Assembly (NCBI GenBank): GCA_000708835.1
Contig: DF237184.1
Span: forward strand, 69,486-133,485
From: Klebsormidium nitens
Taxonomy: Eukaryota; Plantae; Klebsormidiophyceae
Reading direction: 5' to 3'
Length of the DNA stretch: 64,000 nucleotides
Shown here in pieces: positions 49,001 to 59,297 of the stretch. A program made the translations under genes and the position numbers. The first letter of the stretch is position 1. Each line of letters begins with the position of its first letter. Below the pieces are notes generated by a model. The model was not told where the DNA came from and did no database searches. It was given only the letters and a program-made list of their open reading frames with translations.

Positions 49001-52000
49001 TCGGAAGGGCCAGAGAAGAAGAGCCGAAAGAAAGAGATTGTGCCGGTGGGTCTGGGATGAGAAGACATTGCAAAGGGTCAACCCGGCTTGATTGGATCGT
49101 TACTGCTTGACATTGATTTGAACAGCTGAAGAGGCGCAGTGCGGATGCAGCATTTCGTGGCCGCACACACTTTCATAGCTCGCATTTTGTGATTCCCAGA
49201 TCATCATTTCAGAGATCAAGTTGCGCAAGCATTGCGTTCCGTGGAGAGTGGCTTCGCTCGAAATTTTGCTTAATCAAAGAGGGTCAGACATTTCTCGGGA
49301 AAGCCAAACCAAAAAGTTCCTCCGTATAACAGCCTTATTGTGAGTTCTTCTGTGAACGTTGGCTTTCCTTGGACTTGCGTTTTGGGAGCCCCGGAGGTTC
49401 AAGTCGTGAGGATGCCAAGTCAAAAGGATCTCCGTGCAGCGACCAACCAAGTTCCATTCCGCTTGCAGTCGACCGGTCCCGACGCCCCCGGCAAGGAACT
49501 TACCCCGAGCGCCGCCCGCCTCAAGGCCCGGCAAGAGAAGTCGAAAAGCGGCAGCAGAATCTACAAGAGCAGATTTCGAATTGCTAAGGAGTTCCTGCTT
49601 TCTCGGCATGACATCTCAACCAGATTCCTCCCCGGTGCAGTCAACCGTTCCCGACGCCCTCGGCAAGGAACTCACCCCGAGCGCCGCGCGGCTCAAGGCC
49701 CGGGAAGAGAAGCTCGCAAAGCAGCAGCAGCATCTACAAGAATTGTTAAAGATCCCGTACTTTTTCTCGGCATGACATCTCAACCAAAGTTTTTCCCGGT
49801 GCAGTCAACCGGTCCCGACGGCCGCGGCAAGGAGCTCTCCCCGAGCGCCGCCCGGCTCAAGGCCCGCCAAGACAAACTTGCAAAGCAGCAGCAGCATCTA
49901 CAGGAGCAGCTGGCGAAGCTGAAAGAGGAAGGGGAGCCCAATATGGTGCGCCTGGGGGACGCGTCCATGGCGGCCGCGTTCACGGCCAAGCACGCGAGCG
50001 TCATGCCCACGACCGACATCATCCGGCAGGGGCGATGCACGCTTGTCACCACGCTGCAGGTGCACGGACGGCTAGTGTTTCTATTTATCTGGTTTGATTT
50101 ATACGTTCTGCATGTGATGTTCGCTCGACGTGGTTCTTGTGACGTGGGTTCTTGTGCTCTGTCCGTCCGCGGAGAGAGACTGGAGAGAATGGACGAAGAT
50201 TGGATTCAAAGAGAAAGTGGACGTATTTTCACATACACGGATCCGGGAAGCGCCTTGCGAGATTTGAAGAATTTTGGCACACGTAAGCTGCCGTCAGCTT
50301 TCTTTCAAATTCTATCCAGGTTGGTTCTGGGCCGCAAGTGTTTTGCTACACGTTGAGAAGATTTCTGCTTGTCCAAGGTTTCACTCTCGCTCGGAGGGGG
50401 GACCAGTCCCGAGAATGGTTCTTTCGCACTCGTTTCAAACCCAAGATGTCAAAATTTGATCCCCAAATTCATAGAATTCGAACTCTTCGTGCGCAGATGT
50501 TCAAGATCCTGGGCCTCAACTGCCTGGCAACGGCTTACGTGCTGAGCGTGATGTACCTGGACGGCGTGAAGCTGGGCGACGTGCAGGCGACGATCGGGGG
50601 CATGTTCACCGCGGCCTTCTTCATGTTCCTCTCCAACGCCAAGCCCCTCGAGACGCTCTCGCGCGAGCGGCCGCACCCCAACATCTTCTCGCTGTGAGTT
50701 TCTTCTTCTCCTGTAATAGATCTCGCTTTGCTTTTTTCCTCTTACGGTATCGAGCGTGAAGAAGGTGCTTTCACAAGTGTTAGAACAAGTCTTACCTGCG
50801 CGGTTTGGGGGCACCGCCTCTTTCCGGTAGGAGCGTTGCCTATTTTCGGTTTCCTCTCCAAACCCCTCCGCATGCCTTTGACAGAGCGCCCACACCCCAA
50901 CATCTTCTTACTGTGAGGACCTCCCCTGTGCCCAATTTAGGACGTCTTGGGTCGCGTGCTTTGAACAAGGCATTCTTGTGCCTGCAGGGACGCCAATGCT
51001 ACAGAATCGTTCTGAGAAGTTTTGCTTTTTTCCTTCCCTTTCCCATTTGCGTGTGCTGACGCCGCTCGATCTTGCGTTCCTCTAGGGACGCCATTCTGTC
51101 GTTGCTGGGCATCACGTTCAGTCTCTGTCTTCATTCATGCACTGTGTGCTGACGTGAATTTTTCTCTATGCTGACGTCACTGGACATCGTTTTACCTCCA
51201 GGTACGTCATCCTGTCGTTGCTGGGCCAGTTCGCCATCCACATCACGTTCCTGATCACGGCCGTGCGCGGCGCGGCCGCCTACATGCCGGAGCAGTGCAT
51301 CGAGCCGGACTCTAGCTTCAGCCCCAACCTAGTTAACACCGTCTCCTACATGGTCAACATGATGATCCAGGTACTGCCCATATGGACGTCATTATTCTCT
51401 GGCCGTAAGGCCGGCATGTTGGTCTGTGTCATCATACCCTGTCTCTGACGTCAGGATGGCCGTTGACTTCAGCCTCCCTAGTTTTTCGCGCCAGCATTTT
51501 AAGCCTGACGTCAGCATACGCGGTCCCTGGTGTCAGCTTGACATGGAACACCAGCTCGGATCTGGTCAGCGAAACGGTCAGGTCGTACCACCAGAGACTG
51601 ACCCTTTGCTGTCAGCTCAAATGTCGGGCCTCTGAACTAGGCGGCCGATCGTTCCTTGACAGTCGGTCACAAACCATTCGGTTTGAAAGCTTTGCTGTTG
51701 GGCCGCGTCTACTTTGCAAATTCTCTTGCGAACTATTTCCAATCTGTCTGTTCCGCCCTGTGGTTGGTTGAGGTCTCAACGTTTCTCTTACGCTAGAACC
51801 ATTTTCTTTTACCACCCTGGTTTGGAAACCTGGTTGGGTCGGTTGGGATATTGAATGAATGGCTGATGTTGACGTCACTCTTTTTCAATTCCAGGTGGCA
51901 ACTTTTGCGGTGAACTACGTGGGCCACCCGTTCAACGCGAGCATCACCGAGAACAAGCCCTTCTACTACGCGCTCCTTTCGGCCGGCGTCTTCTTCTGGG

Positions 52001-52677
52001 TGGTGAGCGCGTTTGCCTTTGCTGGAGCGACGCTGGCTTGTGACTTGCGATGTCGCTTGGAGATTGAGGTGTCACCAGGGATGTTGAACGAGATCAAAAT
52101 GGACACAACGTTTAGTAAGGGCGGTTCGAGAATCGTTCGAGACCAGCGAGTAATGTCAAAAAACCTTGCTGGTGGTCGTTCTTGGCAGAAATAGCCGCCA
52201 CTTATCTGTGGCGGAGTGCTCAGTGATAGAAAGTACCTAAGGTTACGTGGTCTTGGCAGGCCGGGATGGTCCCTGGCAGCTCGTCCGTGAGGGTCTTTAC
52301 GACTCCTTCGTGACATGGGTTTAGTATGGTACCGATAACCAACTTTGTTGACTCTCGAGCTTCTTCATTGCTCGGGTATCCCTCCACCCGGCAGCGGTCC
52401 GGACAAACTCTCTGTTTGTCTTATCCTTGATCGTTCTCTATTCGCGTTGCAGCTCACGTCGGACACCATTCGGCCCCTGAACGACTACATGGAGCTCGTG
52501 CCCTTGCCCCGGGACTTCGGCAACACGCTGCTCCTCATGTCCGCCTTGGACTTTGCGCTCGCCTATTTTTTGGAGAGGGTGCTTCGCAAGCTGCTCCCAG
52601 CAAAGATACCGAGCAGCCACAAGGGTCAGTCAAGTAAAGCGGATAAAAACCTGCTCGAAGCGAAGAAAGTCAATTAG
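43087..52677 (+). CDS. PDR2: P5A-type ATPase (PDR2/MIA, Spf1/ATP13A1 orthologue; about 1206 aa)
   Basis: 14 exons: 43087-43472, 43882-44104, 44546-44709, 45223-45613, 45963-46360, 46795-46894, 47138-47353, 47901-48396, 48753-49045, 49805-50059, 50497-50693, 51202-51370, 51895-52002, 52453-52677. Motifs: [18 protein letters not shown] (P5A TM4), [39 protein letters not shown]. Confidence 0.95.
49440..49804 (+). repeat. Two degenerate copies of the P5A exon-10 acceptor plus about 100 bp of exon, inside intron 9
   Basis: CAG|TCGACCGGTCCCGACGCCCCCGGCAAGGAA (starts 49469) and CAG|TCAACCGTTCCCGACGCCCTCGGCAAGGAA (49641) versus the true CAG|TCAACCGGTCCCGACGGCCGCGGCAAGGAG (49805); spacing 172/164 bp. 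Confidence 0.9.
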
Positions 52678-53427
52678 CCCACGATTATTCATCTTTAAGG
52701 CGCCTGGCCCATGATCGGTCTTGGTGCTGGCAATCGTTGCACAAGTCTATTCCGGATGCGAGTCACAAGTGGAAACAAGGCTTCTGAGGTTGAGAATCAT
52801 AATCGTGCAGGCCAAAACCTGTACATGTACCATTCTTGCAATTTAATGAACACCGTATCTGCTCGGGCAAATAAATTCCTTGACGATCAACTAAGTTCGT
52901 ACATTCTACGAGATGCATGGCCGGGCAGCTTGATATTCGTTTATATTCTACATGAGTGTTGGAATCAAGTCTGCCAAGGCAGAGGTCTTGTTGGAACTCA
53001 AAATTAGTCTCATTCGTCTATATAGTAAAGATTACGGGCATATTCGAGTAAAAGCGCAGTTTTGTGGTCAATACAAGTTGAGTGACCACGAGAGGATTTG
53101 CTTATAACACTGCACACCAATGTGCCTCATATATGCATGCCAGCAATAGCGGTTTGCGTGAAACCTGTCACGAAGTGATTTAATTAAAGCGAGTGCATGC
53201 AGAAGGCTCACTTGCCGACACAGCGTGCGGAATCGCAAGCGCGCACGTGCCAGCTGTGCACGATCAGTGACGTCACCACCTCCCCGCCGCAAACCCTGAA
53301 CCTCGCTCGAGTCAGGATCGACGGTCTGCCCTGCGGCGGCCGGCCGCCTAGAGCGTGCGCCTAGCTCTTGACACCAGCTCCGAATCGCATTTATAAGCTG
53401 AGCTGAGCTTAGCTTTATATTGAGGCT

Positions 53428-53506
53428 TACCTGCTGAGCGAATAAAGGCCTGGCCGGAGTGGCTCCGTACCTGCTGAGCGAATAAAGGCCTCCCGGAGTG
53501 GCTCCG
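53428..53506. repeat. Tandem duplication, 40/39 bp
   Basis: TACCTGCTGAGCGAATAAAGGCCTGGCCGGAGTGGCTCCG followed directly by TACCTGCTGAGCGAATAAAGGCCTCCCGGAGTGGCTCCG. Confidence 0.9.
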
Positions 53507-53732
53507 TACACAGTCATCTTAGAAATTCCCATAATCGCGGCAGATATATATCCTGCCGCATTTTGAACAGAAGAATGTTGACGAGAAGTTGAGCAGTCCT
53601 CTCGCTCGTGCAGAACAACGCCCTTGAAGTTGGGCATCGTCAATTCAGGAGCGATTCAACTCTCTGTGCCTTTCTTTTTTGTTGGACCGTGGACTCAAGT
53701 GAGTTTTGGTTTTGAGAGCTAGCCTAAGCCCC

Positions 53733-55407
53733 ATGGCTTCTTCATCTGGGATGGCCGCCCCTTCGTCGAGCCAGAGTGCAGAGCGGAAAGCGACGCCATC
53801 TGGCATTGAGACTCGAGAGGAGTTGTCTGGCTCTGAGAAGCTGCAGAAGGTAGGGTTTCTGCACCTGAAGACGAGGGTTTTGATCTGCAAGATGGAGCCG
53901 CTTGTCCTCTTGAGATAAAAATGATGGTCCAGGGGGGTCCTTTCTTGCAGGTAGTCTGTTTGAGATTGATGTTCTACTTTCACAAGTGCACACTCGCTTG
54001 CTTATCTCATTATGGTCTACAGCGTCTTGATGTTGACTGAATGACTCTCAAAAGACGCAGGGTTGCATGTTCTCACCGTGTTCCTTGCGTCAAGCTGGCA
54101 TTGTACGTTTTACAGTACATACGGTCTTTCATTGCATACAGTGATTCTTGCCGGCTGCTTTGCCAGGTTGTTGCTTAGGCCAGGGTTGTCTTCCATCAGC
54201 ATGTGTGCACATGTAGACTATCGTCATGAAACGTATGAGGAAAAGTGGTAAAAGGCTGATAGGCTTCAGTAGTTCGTCTTGTGCCTAAAACCCTGTTTTC
54301 CGCAGCACGTACCATACCCTGAGATGAAATTGCATCAGATTATGTTGCTTGGATTGGTTACTTCGTATGGGCAGCCTGTCTACAGTCACGTCTGGCATAA
54401 GGCTAATCTGCTAATTGGGAGAAGGGGCTGCCAACTCATCCGGCGAATTGCTGTCAGTGTACCATCTCGGCAGCGGAAGGTTCTTCTTGGTGACGTGTCC
54501 AGTCGTGGACACAAGTAATGACCAAGTGGCGTTTAAGTCGGGACTCCCACCACTTTGTTGATCTTTCGATCGTGTCTTTTTTCTGCCTTTTGGAGTTGTT
54601 GAGTGGCTGAAAGTATCAAGCACACCACAAATTCCTGTTGCAGGCCAGCATCTTCTTGTCGGATAAGAGGTCCGAGTACTTGAGAGAGTTGAAGGCACTG
54701 GTTGCGGATCCTGGGAATCGTGACTCGGACGAGAAGGTTACGGTAGGTCACTTGTCGATGGAGGCACGATCAAGCAGAAGCTGCTGCTTGAGGAACGCGC
54801 AGTGTTGTTCGAGGGACGTTCTGGATCTCGGGGGGGTAGGTTCTGTCTATTTTTTGTCTTGCCAGACGAATAAAGAAGGGAGCTTGTCTGTCCACTGTTT
54901 TTACGGGAAGGAGCGGCACTTGCTTTTCTAAGACTATTTGGAGAATAAAACTTGATTCTCCATGTTCATGTGCAGCACTTCTACAGGCTGATTGAGGAGC
55001 TGGCGTGGGTGGACCAGGATCAGGCATTTGACATCTACATGCAGTGGTGTCTGCAGAATCCAAATATCCGTCAGCAGAAGCTTGTGAGCGCCTCCTAAAC
55101 TCGACGCTTCTGTGCACCTACTGGTATAGTCTCACTCCTCGGATAGCATCATATGCTGAAGACTGCCAAGCTTTAATGCCTATGATTGTGCTTGGTCTGC
55201 TGCCGCTTGATCGCTCTGGCGCTTGGAGGCTAGTCCCGTAGCACTTTACGCAATCCCCTTCTTCTCATTTCGTCTTGGCTAGGTCATATTTACGCCATGT
55301 AACGCTTTTTTGATCAGCCGCCTGTGGAGAAACTCAAGCACAACTTCGGCGAGGTGGCGGAACGTGTGCGGAGAAGGAACCAACCGCTTGAGTGGTCTGA
55401 GCGAATG
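53733..55407 (+). CDS. Candidate orphan multi-exon gene of unknown family; 3' end unresolved
   Basis: Four stop-free phase-0 GT-AG exons with lengths divisible by 3: 53733-53849 (MASSSGMAAPSS...EKLQK), 54644-54736/54742 (ASIFLSDKRSEYLRELKALVADP...), 54976-55083 (HFYRLIEELAWVDQDQAFDIYMQWCLQNP...), 55318-55407 (PPVEKLKHNFGEVAERVRRRNQPLEWSERM). Confidence 0.55.
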
Positions 55408-55513
55408 GTGAGTTGATACCTAGAGGAGCCCTACTATTTCAGGCGGCTCCTTATGCACTGGCAGTTTGTTTGCATCCTTGGTAGAGAGGCAGACCTTTCG
55501 ACTTTGGAAAATT

Positions 55514-55596
55514 GTTTACTGTGGGTGCATTTAACCTGAACATCTCTTGACACGGTTTACTGTGGGCGCATGTAACCTGAACATCTCTTGACACGG
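55514..55596. repeat. Tandem duplication, about 42 bp
   Basis: GTTTACTGTGGGTGCATTTAACCTGAACATCTCTTGACACG followed by GTTTACTGTGGGCGCATGTAACCTGAACATCTCTTGACACG. Confidence 0.9.
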
Positions 55597-56680
55597 TAAT
55601 GAAAGCAAGCTGCCAAGGTTTCCTGGAGCAACTTCCTGAAATGCATTCGTTTGCGGATATGCTTGCAGTTTGCCCTGACACCCAAGTCAGTACTCTTCCC
55701 CGGGTGCTGCTAGCTGTCTGGGCTCATCACACATCATCGTATGTCACGGGACTGAGGGACGTTAGATTGCAGCCTATTAGCAGAGCATTACTCGTCTCTT
55801 ATCTCCTTTATTCGTTTATAAATTCTGAATGCGAAAAACACTCAACTGTTCTTTCCATTTGTGCGGTAGTTGGACGTTATGGTCTGGCTCTCAGGGGTTT
55901 CAAGGGAGGAGTCAATAAGAGTTTCCCTGTGGAAGACAGGACTCGTCTTGTCTTCCTCGTTCGCTTCAAATGGATTTTCACGAGCTACGTGTACATTTGG
56001 GTAGATCACCTGTTACCGATGAGGGTCCCTCTAAGCACCTTGTACAGCAATTGCGCAAGCAACCACTCCTCTAATGTATGTCGGTGAATAGCTGATGTTT
56101 AGAGTTCGAGTGTTTTCCGGAAACTTGCAAACGGTGGCAATCAGTCTTTGCAAAATCAGGGCTCCATGTTTTGATCCGTAGACTGTATGAGTTTACTTTT
56201 GCAGCTTACTGAGCTATGTATTCTGTCATATCGCAACGAAGTAGATGATCACCACGCAGCAGCCCAGTCCTCGTCTTTTACTACAACCCAACAAATGAAG
56301 CAGTTATTGACTTGCAAAAACCATCGTAGTCGGAGTTTGATGAGGTTCTGCAAGTTGTTTCAAGCCCACATGGCAGTCTCTAGCCAAGTGACTCAAAAAC
56401 GCGCCAGGTGCGCCAAGTGACTTAGAGACACGGATCCTCAAGTTGTCGAGTATAACTAAGAAGACTCCTTCTCTTAGCTTGAATACTTTTCTCATCATGT
56501 TGACGTCGGTCATCTCATGAGCTGTTGGATACATCCCGCTGCATGCTCACGCGTGATTAGTCGAAGTGGTACGATTTCCTGACGCCACTGGCGTATTGCA
56601 TATGACCTATAGCCTCAGAATGGCCTTCTGGGCTGATCTTATACTGATTGTATACTGATTCTGGGCCTGAATTGTTTAAG

Positions 56681-59297
56681 ATCCTGGGCCTGAATTGCCT
56701 TGCGACGGCGTACGTGCTGAGCGTGATGTACCTGGACGGCGTGAAGCTGGGCGACGTGCAGGCGACGATCGGGGGCATGTTCACCGCGGCCTTCTTCATG
56801 TTCCTCTCCAACGCCAAGCCCCTCGAGACGCTCTCCCGCGAGCGGCCGCACCCCAACATCTTCTCGCTGTGAGCTTTTCCTTCTCCTGTACAGACTGTCG
56901 CTACGCTTTTTCCCTCTCTCGATGCCGAGCAGTGAAGAAGGGTGCTTTCGCACGTGGTACAAAAGTTTTCTGCGAGGCTTTAGGAGCATTTTTATTTCCG
57001 TTTTCCTCTCCAATGTTCAGCCCCTCGAGATGCTCTCGCACTGGCGGCCACACCCCAACATCTTTTCGCTGTGAGGGCCTCCCCATTTCGGCTTGCTGTT
57101 TGTCGTCTTGGTTCGTGCCCTTTGAACAAGGCATTCTTGCACCTGCGGGATTGTCAAGGCCATCTTCGCTCTCAGAAGCTTCGTTTTCTCCCTTCCCTTC
57201 CCTATTTGCGTGTGCCGGCTCCGCTTGATATGGCATACCTCCAGGAACGTCGCCCTGACGTTGCTAGGCCAGTTCGCCATCTACAGCACGTTCCGTCTTC
57301 GTCTGCTCTATGCATCGCATGCTGACAAACTCGATGCTTTGTTTGCTGACCTTGCTCCAATACTTCGTGCCTCCAGGCACGTCATCCTGTCGTTGCTAGG
57401 CCAGTTCACCATACACATCACGTTCAGTCTCTTGTCTTTTCTCATGCACTGTGTGCTGACGTCACGTCTTCTGTGTGCTGACGTCACGTGCTTCCGTGTA
57501 CCTCCAGGTACGTCATCCTGTCGTTGCTGGGCCAGTTCGCCATCCACATCACGTTCCTGATCACGGCCGTGCGCGGCGCGACCGCCTACATGCCGGAGCA
57601 GTGCATCGAGCCGGACTCGAGCTTCCACCCCAACCTAGTTAACACCGTCTCGTACATGGTCAACATGATGATCCAGGTACGTTGTCGACTTCAACATGCT
57701 CTGTCCCTGACGTCATCATGCCTTGTGTCATACTATTATATGTCTTGACGCCAGGATCATCGCCTGACGTCAGCACATGTTGAGTTTGCCACCAAGATAT
57801 TACACTTGACACCAGCATGCCTGTCAGCATACTGACGTCAGCGAGCCTCCTCCTGACCTCAGCTTGAGCTTGACCACCATACGTCATCTGGTCGGCATAG
57901 TGTTTGCTGTAGGGCGTGGCGCCACCGATTGACTTTTTGTCATCGATTTGAAGTGCCGGCTCTTTGACGAGGCGTTCATATTATCGTTGGAGGCATTTCG
58001 AAGCATTCGAGGTTCATGAATCATCAGGATAGCTTCGCTGCGCTAGCTTAATCTTGTGCGGAGCCGATCTTATGAGTTGCGTAGCACCTTTTGTTGCACA
58101 TGACTCTTCCTGCAACTCCTCTTTCCCGCTTGCCCTGTGCTTATCTACTCTCTGAACATCTAGTTGCTCATGAATCGCGGGTTCGAACCTGGCTAGGACT
58201 TTCAGCGGCTCGCTGATGTTGACATCATTTTCCCGCTGCCAGGTGGCAACTTTTGCGGTGAACTACGTGGGCCACCCGTTCAACGCGAGCATAACTGAGA
58301 ACAAGCCCTTCTACTACGCGCTCCTCTCAGCTGGCGTCTTCTTCTGGGTGGTGAGCCCGTCTTCTTTTTGCTGATGCGATGCTGGTTTCAGTAGAAAAGC
58401 AGATTTGGACTACCACTCCGTTGAAGCTGAACCCATTTCGCGTGGAACGACAGTTCGGTAGAGAGTATAATTTCCCGCAGGACAGCGGAGCTACCAGTCA
58501 AACCAGGCACTCACAAGCTTAAGAGGTGCTTGGAGTGTCGAAAATTGTGCAGGAATGTAAGAGGAGCGGAACACGAGAACACCACCCGCTCCACTACACA
58601 ATCTTAGAGGTTCGCGACCAGTAAACGGGGACCGTCCGCTGTTAAATTTGACTTTGTGTTCGTCCTTTTTGGAGAAGCGCTGCGGCCACAATAATTTGCA
58701 GATTGCTTCGCTACTGGTCGCACGAATCTGCAATTTGTGGCCTTGGCAGACGCTATCGTCCCTGAGCTCTGTTATAAGGTCATGATCGTTCAGATTGTCG
58801 AAGCATTTGATCGTTGTTTTTCTGCTCATTGTGTCCATTTCGTTTACCTCTAGTCCACAAGGTTTTCTGGCACCAAGTTCTCGTCTCGAAGTCGGCCTCG
58901 ATGTTTGATATTCTCCGATGTTAATCGTTTTGAAGTTGCGCTTCCTGTCTCACCCCTCACAGGGTTTCTGGAATCTGAACAAGTTACTCAACGTTCTTAT
59001 ACTCAATGCGGCTTGTTGGCGTAACAGCTCACGTCGGACACCATTCGGCCCCTGAACGACTACATGGAGCTCGTGCCCTTGCCCCGAGATTTCGGCAACA
59101 AGCTGCTGCTCATGTCCGCCTTGGACTTTGCGCTCGCCTATTGTTTGGAGAGGGTGCTTCGCAAGCTGCTCCCGGCCAAGATACCAAATAGTTACAAGGG
59201 CCAGTCAAGTAAAGCGGATAGACATTTGCTCGAGGCGAAGAAAATGAATCAGCAAGGACCATTTATGTACGGAGAGCCGGGCCTGACGAACAGCTAA
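56681..59297 (+). CDS. Partial duplicate of P5A ATPase exons 11-14 (TM5-TM10 and tail), intact frame, C-terminus extended by 15 aa
   Basis: Exons 56681(?)-56868, 57508-57676, 58243-58350, 59028-59297 match 50506-50693, 51202-51370, 51895-52002, 52453-52677. All internal GT/AG sites are kept. The original CAG|ATG acceptor is missing; the only candidate is AAG at 56678-80. TAG has become CAG, giving the tail [15 protein letters not shown]. The duplication itself is certain; expression is not. Confidence 0.75.

Noticed and set aside
53068-53643. 191-aa minus-strand ORF between the P5A copies
   Set aside because: No recognisable domain. It spans a tandem duplication and the likely promoter of the plus-strand orphan, so it is probably a chance ORF.
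58491-58838. 115-aa minus-strand ORF within duplicated intron 13
   Set aside because: No motifs and no TIR or TSD found; treated as intron sequence.
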